From positions 1 through 61,900 of the forward strand of contig DATCSF010000047.1 in the NCBI GenBank assembly GCA_036568625.1: DNA of 61,900 nt, written 5' to 3'. The position numbers and the translations under genes were made by a program. Positions 57,373-61,900 of this stretch are shown here, in pieces. The notes below the pieces were generated by a model that worked only from the letters and a program-made list of their open reading frames with translations, ran no database searches and was not told the origin of the DNA. The stretch is from Rhodanobacteraceae bacterium. Its GTDB lineage: Bacteria > Pseudomonadota > Gammaproteobacteria > Xanthomonadales > Rhodanobacteraceae. Numbering within the stretch: the first letter of the stretch is position 1; the number at the start of each line of letters is the position of its first letter.

Positions 57373-58964
57373 CACGCCTCCGAGTGCGCGCAAACGGGTG
57401 CGTGGGTAGGCGCAGTCGTATTGCGGGTCTCAGCGCCCGCCCAGCGCGTAGGCCAGAGGCGCAGCACCCAATGCGTGTAACCCTCATCCATGTAGAAGCC
57501 CGCGTACACCCAGCGCCGCAGCGTCACGAGCGCGTGTGGCCACAACTGGAACGCGGCCAACTCGAGGTACATCACCGACATGCCGACAAGGGCCACGATG
57601 CCGGCGCCGGCAAGCGGCGTCTCGCCGGCGCCGATGGGCGCGCGATCGACGATGCATGCAGCCACCGTCAGGCAAATCGCCGTGCCCAGCGCAGTCAAGA
57701 GCCGTGCCGTGACGATACCCTTGCGCTCGAGCGATGGTTTCGGCACCCACAGGAGCGGTGCCCACGCGAGCGCGAGCACGCCCGTCCACCACCACGGCCA
57801 CGCGTGGTTGCCGGTAAGCCGCTGCACACCCAATACGATCGCGAGCGCGACCGGTATCGCCCACACCATGCTGACCCACGAGTTGGCGATCTCGCCCGTG
57901 ATGAGCTTGCGGCCGGTGTCCTTCACCACGCTCGACGCGTCAAGGAAGTTGTGCGCCTTGTACAGCGAGTGGCCGAGGAGGTGCAGCGCCGCAAAGAGGT
58001 ACAGGCCTAGGCCGCACTCCAACACCATGAAACCCATCTGCGCAATCGTGGACCAGGCGAGATGTACCTTCTGACTGACGCGCGTCATCAGCACGAGTCC
58101 CGCGACCACCGCCGACATCAGGCCGAGCACCACCAGCAGCCAGCGGGCAGCCAGCGATACGCCCAGCAACGGCGCAAACAGCACCAGCACGTAGCCACCC
58201 AGGTTGACCACGCCCGCGTGCAGCAACGCCGACACCGGCGTCGGCGCTTCCATTACCTGCACCAACCAGCCATGCACCGGCATCAGCGCCGTGCGTGCGA
58301 TCACCGCCAGCGCAAGGCACAGCCCGCTCCAGGCCAACTCCGGCGACGTGTGGCCCGCGGCGATGTATGCCCATAACGCCGACAGCGAGCCGCTGCCGAC
58401 CCGCGACCACGCCAGCGCCGCCGCAACGATCAACAGGGCGTCGACTGCGCGGTCGGTGACCATCTTCTTGTGCGCCGCCAGTAGCGCGAAGGGACGATCG
58501 GGATAAAAACACAGCAGGTCGTGCATCGCCCATTCGATGGCGGCCCACGCGGCAATCAGGACGATCCAGTGGTTGGCCAGCAGCAAAACGTGCACCAGCG
58601 CCAGCACAGCGGCCAGCGCCGCGACGTACACCTTCTGCCGCGGCTCACCTTCCAGATGCTTGGACGAATAGACGCCGATCGCGGTGCCCAGCAACTGCAC
58701 CAGCAGGCTGACCCACGTGCCGAACTGATTAACCGCGAGCCAGCCGTCGACGCCTTGGGTCACGCTGTGGCCCGCGTGTGCCGCCAGGAGCTCGACCGCC
58801 AGTGCAGCCAGCGCGAACGCCAGCGCGACCAACGCCAGCCCGTTGAATCGGCGCCACGTCCGTCGAATGGGCGCTCCGCCCCAGCGAGCCCAGATTGCCG
58901 CCGCGGCCATCAGCACCGCGGGTACCACACCCAATGCAAAATTCGCCTCGAACAACCCGGTCAT
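57372..58964 (-). CDS. dabB: NuoL/MnhA-like proton-conducting membrane subunit DabB
   Basis: 530 aa, polytopic, belonging to the proton-antiporter (complex I subunit 5) family. It lies directly upstream of, and is coupled to, the DUF2309 gene. Confidence 0.85.
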   Translation of the reverse strand: MTGLFEANFALGVVPAVLMAAAAIWARWGGAPIRRTWRRFNGLALVALAFALAALAVELLAAHAGHSVTQGVDGWLAVNQFGTWVSLLVQLLGTAIGVYSSKHLEGEPRQKVYVAALAAVLALVHVLLLANHWIVLIAAWAAIEWAMHDLLCFYPDRPFALLAAHKKMVTDRAVDALLIVAAALAWSRVGSGSLSALWAYIAAGHTSPELAWSGLCLALAVIARTALMPVHGWLVQVMEAPTPVSALLHAGVVNLGGYVLVLFAPLLGVSLAARWLLVVLGLMSAVVAGLVLMTRVSQKVHLAWSTIAQMGFMVLECGLGLYLFAALHLLGHSLYKAHNFLDASSVVKDTGRKLITGEIANSWVSMVWAIPVALAIVLGVQRLTGNHAWPWWWTGVLALAWAPLLWVPKPSLERKGIVTARLLTALGTAICLTVAACIVDRAPIGAGETPLAGAGIVALVGMSVMYLELAAFQLWPHALVTLRRWVYAGFYMDEGYTHWVLRLWPTRWAGAETRNTTAPTHAPVCAHSEA

Positions 58965-59058
58965 CGCACGCCTCGTGAAACGCCGAGCGCATCATTCTTG
59001 GTTTGTGGCATTCTGTAAATTATATTTGTTGTGCAGGTTCGTTCTCGAAAACAGAAGG

Positions 59059-59964
59059 ATGAACATCAACCAATTGAACTTCAAGCATTTGTTCTACTTC
59101 TGGCGCGTGGCCAAGGAAGGCTCGCTGACGCGCACCAGCGAACAAATCCACACCTCGCAGTCGGCGCTGTCGACGCAGATCAGGCAACTGGAAACCCGCA
59201 TCGGCAAGCCGCTGTTCGACCGCCGTGGGCGCCGGCTGGAGCTGACGGCCACCGGCCGGCGTGTGTTTGCCTACGCCGACGGCATGTTCGAGCTGGGCCA
59301 GCAAATGCTGGGTTGGCTGGACGGACGCAGCGAAGGCAGCGTACGCGTGCGGGTCGGCAGCGTTTCCACCATGTCGCGCAATTTCCAGGTCAACTGGCTA
59401 CGTCCGCTGTTCGCCGAGCCGAGCGTCGTGCTGTCGGTCGATTCGGGATCACTGGAAGAACTCATCGCACGCTTGCTGCGACATCAGCTGGACGTGGTAC
59501 TGGCCAACGACGCCGTGCCGTCCGATCCGGCGCGCCCGGTGTCCTCGCGCTTTCTCGGAAGCCAGGTGATCTCGCTGGTCGGTCGCGCCGATCGCTGGTC
59601 TGGCACCACGCTGGCCGTGCCGCACGACCTCGACGGCGTCGACGCCGCCCTGCCCAGCACGCGGCACAGCGTGCGCACCCAGTTCGATGCGTTGTGCTTT
59701 GCCGCCGGCGTCGCACCCAACGTGCGCGCCGAGATCGACGACATGACCATGCTGCGGCTGGTCGCGCGCGACAGCGGCTGGATTACGGTGCTGCCCGAAG
59801 TCGTGGTGCAGGACGAGCTACGCTCGGGCGTGCTGGTAAACGTCGGCCAGTCGCCGCAACTTACCGAGCACTTCTACGCGATCACCGCGCAACACGGGCA
59901 TCCGGTGCGGCCGCTCAACGAGCTGTTGTTGCGCGCAACGACCGGGAAAGTCTTTGATGGCTAG
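59059..59964 (+). CDS. LysR-family transcriptional regulator (NhaR-like N-terminus)
   Basis: 301 aa with the HTH motif LNFKHLFYFWRVAKEGSLTRTSEQIHTSQSALSTQIRQLE. It is divergent from dabB across a 94-nt AT-rich spacer. Confidence 0.9.
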   Translation: MNINQLNFKHLFYFWRVAKEGSLTRTSEQIHTSQSALSTQIRQLETRIGKPLFDRRGRRLELTATGRRVFAYADGMFELGQQMLGWLDGRSEGSVRVRVGSVSTMSRNFQVNWLRPLFAEPSVVLSVDSGSLEELIARLLRHQLDVVLANDAVPSDPARPVSSRFLGSQVISLVGRADRWSGTTLAVPHDLDGVDAALPSTRHSVRTQFDALCFAAGVAPNVRAEIDDMTMLRLVARDSGWITVLPEVVVQDELRSGVLVNVGQSPQLTEHFYAITAQHGHPVRPLNELLLRATTGKVFDG

Positions 59965-60080
59965 CAGCGCTGACTTTCGGAGGATCGTTCCGGACCATGG
60001 CGGCTACCGGCTCGCCGCAAGCCCCGCCGGCGGCGCCACGCATGGCGACGCGCGCATAATGGGCGGCGAAGGAGACCAGC

Positions 60081-60305
60081 ATGTCCGACGCACACGTCGA
60101 TTTCTGCGAAGCCAATCGCCGCATCCAATGGATACTCGAACATCCAAACTTCAGCCCATGGTTGAAGGACAGCCTCCGCAAGGCCCTCGAGTGCGACCCT
60201 GTCGCGGCCCTCAATGATGCGGAACTGCTGCTGCAGCTTATCCGCGCACGGACGGATGCCCTGGTCCAGGAAACTCTTTCCCCCAGCAAGCGCGCCATCA
60301 ACTGA
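60081..60305 (+). CDS. Small hypothetical protein (74 aa)
   Basis: AAGGAG lies 7 nt upstream of the ATG, and codon bias is plausible. I recognise no family. Confidence 0.5.
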   Translation: MSDAHVDFCEANRRIQWILEHPNFSPWLKDSLRKALECDPVAALNDAELLLQLIRARTDALVQETLSPSKRAIN

Positions 60306-60391
60306 ACCGGAACAGCATTACCAGGTGCCGCACACCAGCCCGCAAGGTCAAAACCTGTACGGTTCCGCGTAGACTTGGATGGCGGATCGCA

Positions 60392-61387
60392 TCACGCCCT
60401 CGGGCCCGCAGCCCGTCGCAACCGGTCGCACAAGGCGGCACCGAGGCCGCGCGCGTCAGGCAGGCTGGCCAGAATCACGTCGCAGCCCTGCTCGTCGAAC
60501 GAACGCAGGAACCGGTACAGGGATGATGCGTAGTCATCCGGCGACGCGGGAACCACGATCGGTACGATGCGCGCCTCGCCGGACCAGCCCGGGCCGGCAA
60601 GTTCTGAAGGCAACAGCACGCCGACCCGCAAACCGTTGCGAGCGAGGGATAGCGCCTTGTCGGCCAGATCTTCCGGCTTGATCAGCGAAACGCGGGCATC
60701 GGGCGAGTAGTGCAGGGGGTGCTGGCCAGGAACGCGCGCTGCACTGTCACCTGTACGCAGCGGCTGCTGCAGCACTTCTTCGATACGTTCGGCGGCAATG
60801 CCGCCTGGACGCAGGAGTCGCGCGGCGCCGTTCCTCATATCGACAATCGTCGATTCGACGCCGACGCGACACGGCCCGCCATCCAGGATGAATTCGACCG
60901 CCGGGCCGAACTCCGCGCGCACGTCCTCGGCACGGGTCGGGCTCAGATGCGTGAAGCGATTGGCCGAAGGTGCAACCACCGGCCGCCCGAATGCGCGGAT
61001 GAGCCGCAGTGCCAACGGATGCGCGGGCACGCGGATCGCGACGCTCCCCTGGCCACCGGTGACGATCGGAAGCACGCGCGGGTGGCGATTCAGCACGAGC
61101 GTCAGCGGACCGGGCCAGAACGTTCGGGCCAACACGCGCGCGGATTCGGGTACGTCGGTGGCCCAATCGTCGAGCCAACCAGCTTCTCCGATGTGAACGA
61201 TCAGGGGATGGCTCGTCGGGCGCTTCTTGATGGCGAAAATTTTCGCCACAGCCTGCGCGTTTGCGGCATCCGCCGCGAGGCCGTAAACGGTTTCGGTGGG
61301 GATCGCCACGACTCCGCCGCTCGCGAGCAGGTTCACGCAATGCTCGATGTCACGCGTGCCACTCCTCGGATCGGGTTTTGCAGACAT
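60392..61387 (-). CDS. L-threonylcarbamoyladenylate synthase, long Sua5 type (YrdC domain plus Sua5 C-terminal domain)
   Basis: 331 aa with motifs IPTETVYGLAADA, KKRPTSHPLIVHI and APSANRFTHLSPT, plus a ~120 aa C-terminal Sua5 domain. Confidence 0.9.
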   Translation of the reverse strand: MSAKPDPRSGTRDIEHCVNLLASGGVVAIPTETVYGLAADAANAQAVAKIFAIKKRPTSHPLIVHIGEAGWLDDWATDVPESARVLARTFWPGPLTLVLNRHPRVLPIVTGGQGSVAIRVPAHPLALRLIRAFGRPVVAPSANRFTHLSPTRAEDVRAEFGPAVEFILDGGPCRVGVESTIVDMRNGAARLLRPGGIAAERIEEVLQQPLRTGDSAARVPGQHPLHYSPDARVSLIKPEDLADKALSLARNGLRVGVLLPSELAGPGWSGEARIVPIVVPASPDDYASSLYRFLRSFDEQGCDVILASLPDARGLGAALCDRLRRAAGPRA

Positions 61388-61496
61388 GGCCTCTCACAGT
61401 GCTGAAGCGCATCGCAAGGTTTCGCCCGAGGCATAAGGCGGGCGGTGTTCAAGGTACGCAACGACGCGGTAGCCAGCGCATTTTATCCGGTTGCGG

Positions 61497-61900
61497 ATGT
61501 CTGCAGAGCGCCGTCCGCGAAACCCGCGCCGGGAGCCTGTTGGCATCGGAGCCGCCATCCGTCTGCTTTTCGCCCAGCAGAGTGGCGGCTCCTGGCCCGT
61601 TGATGCCGTGGATCTCGTTGCCGTTTGCGCCTTGCGCGATGCGACGGATGCACTGTTGCGTGCGCGCCTGGAACGCGTCCTGGCTCCGGATTCCATGGTG
61701 CGGCGGTTCAATCGCGCGTTGGCCGCGCCCTCGGCCCAAACACGCCTTGAATGGACTGGAGCGGGTCCGCGCAAGTCGCTGCCTGCCGCAAGCGCGCAGC
61801 GCGACACCCTGATCCGCGCATTGGCCCTGGACGCGCTGGAGATCCTGACCGGGCCGCAGGCAGGGCTGCTACGCAAATGCGCGCATCCAGCCTGCAGGTT
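61497..61900 (+). CDS. Possible ABATE/CGNR zinc-finger family protein, 3' end outside window
   Basis: The frame is open from the ATG at 61497 to the window end. The last residues LLRKCAHPACR resemble the start of a CGNR zinc finger. It is not listed in the ORF track because no stop is reached. Confidence 0.4.
   Translation, partial: MSAERRPRNPRREPVGIGAAIRLLFAQQSGGSWPVDAVDLVAVCALRDATDALLRARLERVLAPDSMVRRFNRALAAPSAQTRLEWTGAGPRKSLPAASAQRDTLIRALALDALEILTGPQAGLLRKCAHPACR

Noticed and set aside
60305-60392. On the minus strand, the sequence after the Sua5 stop reads TGATGCGATCCGCCATCC, which resembles block 1 of the stop-abutting element.
   Set aside because: Block 2 is absent and the match is about 10 nt, so it could be chance.

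Overview
This is a GC-rich chromosomal segment with strong GC3 bias. That bias produces many long spurious antisense ORFs in the six-frame track. Gene content and synteny look gammaproteobacterial and most like Xanthomonadales/Lysobacterales; that placement is inference only. I support about 55 protein genes, almost all core housekeeping. In order they are: dprA (5' partial), topA, tsaC, an orphan adenylate-forming enzyme, purD, a SAM-I riboswitch-led metX-metB-hom operon, an APC permease, a TPR protein, a frameshifted GIY-YIG gene, pepQ, and a minus-strand string rph-rdgB-hemW-CPXCG-DUF1631-PilZ. These are followed by yicC-gmk, mlaFEDCB with convergent mlaA, rpoZ-spoT-ridA-recG, rpmE2, gltA, ponA/mrcA divergent from pilMNOPQ, a MoxR-DUF58-DUF4381-BatA-BatB-BatD operon, a macro-domain protein, mscL and a FAH-family protein. 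The window ends with a decayed and partly inverted ABC transporter, dabB-dabA with a divergent LysR regulator, a small ORF, a Sua5-type paralog and a partial CGNR-type gene. I saw no rRNA, tRNA, CRISPR array, IS element, integrase, prophage or recognisable defence genes. The observations that annotated genes do not explain are these. (1) A bipartite 90-125 nt element occurs three times, each time starting on the nucleotide after a stop codon and in the orientation of that gene (spoT, mrcA, pilZ). (2) Three tandem MetJ-type met-box octamers, one of them perfect, abut the -35 of the promoter that also drives a SAM-I riboswitch. (3) An 89-nt tandem duplication of the pilM/pilN junction creates a decoy pilN start. 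(4) REP-like palindromes are inserted inside otherwise translationally coupled operons (mlaE/mlaD, moxR/DUF58). (5) An ABC transporter wreck needs at least one inversion to explain. I could not identify a convincing new multi-gene protein system. The repeat element is my best candidate for something undescribed.
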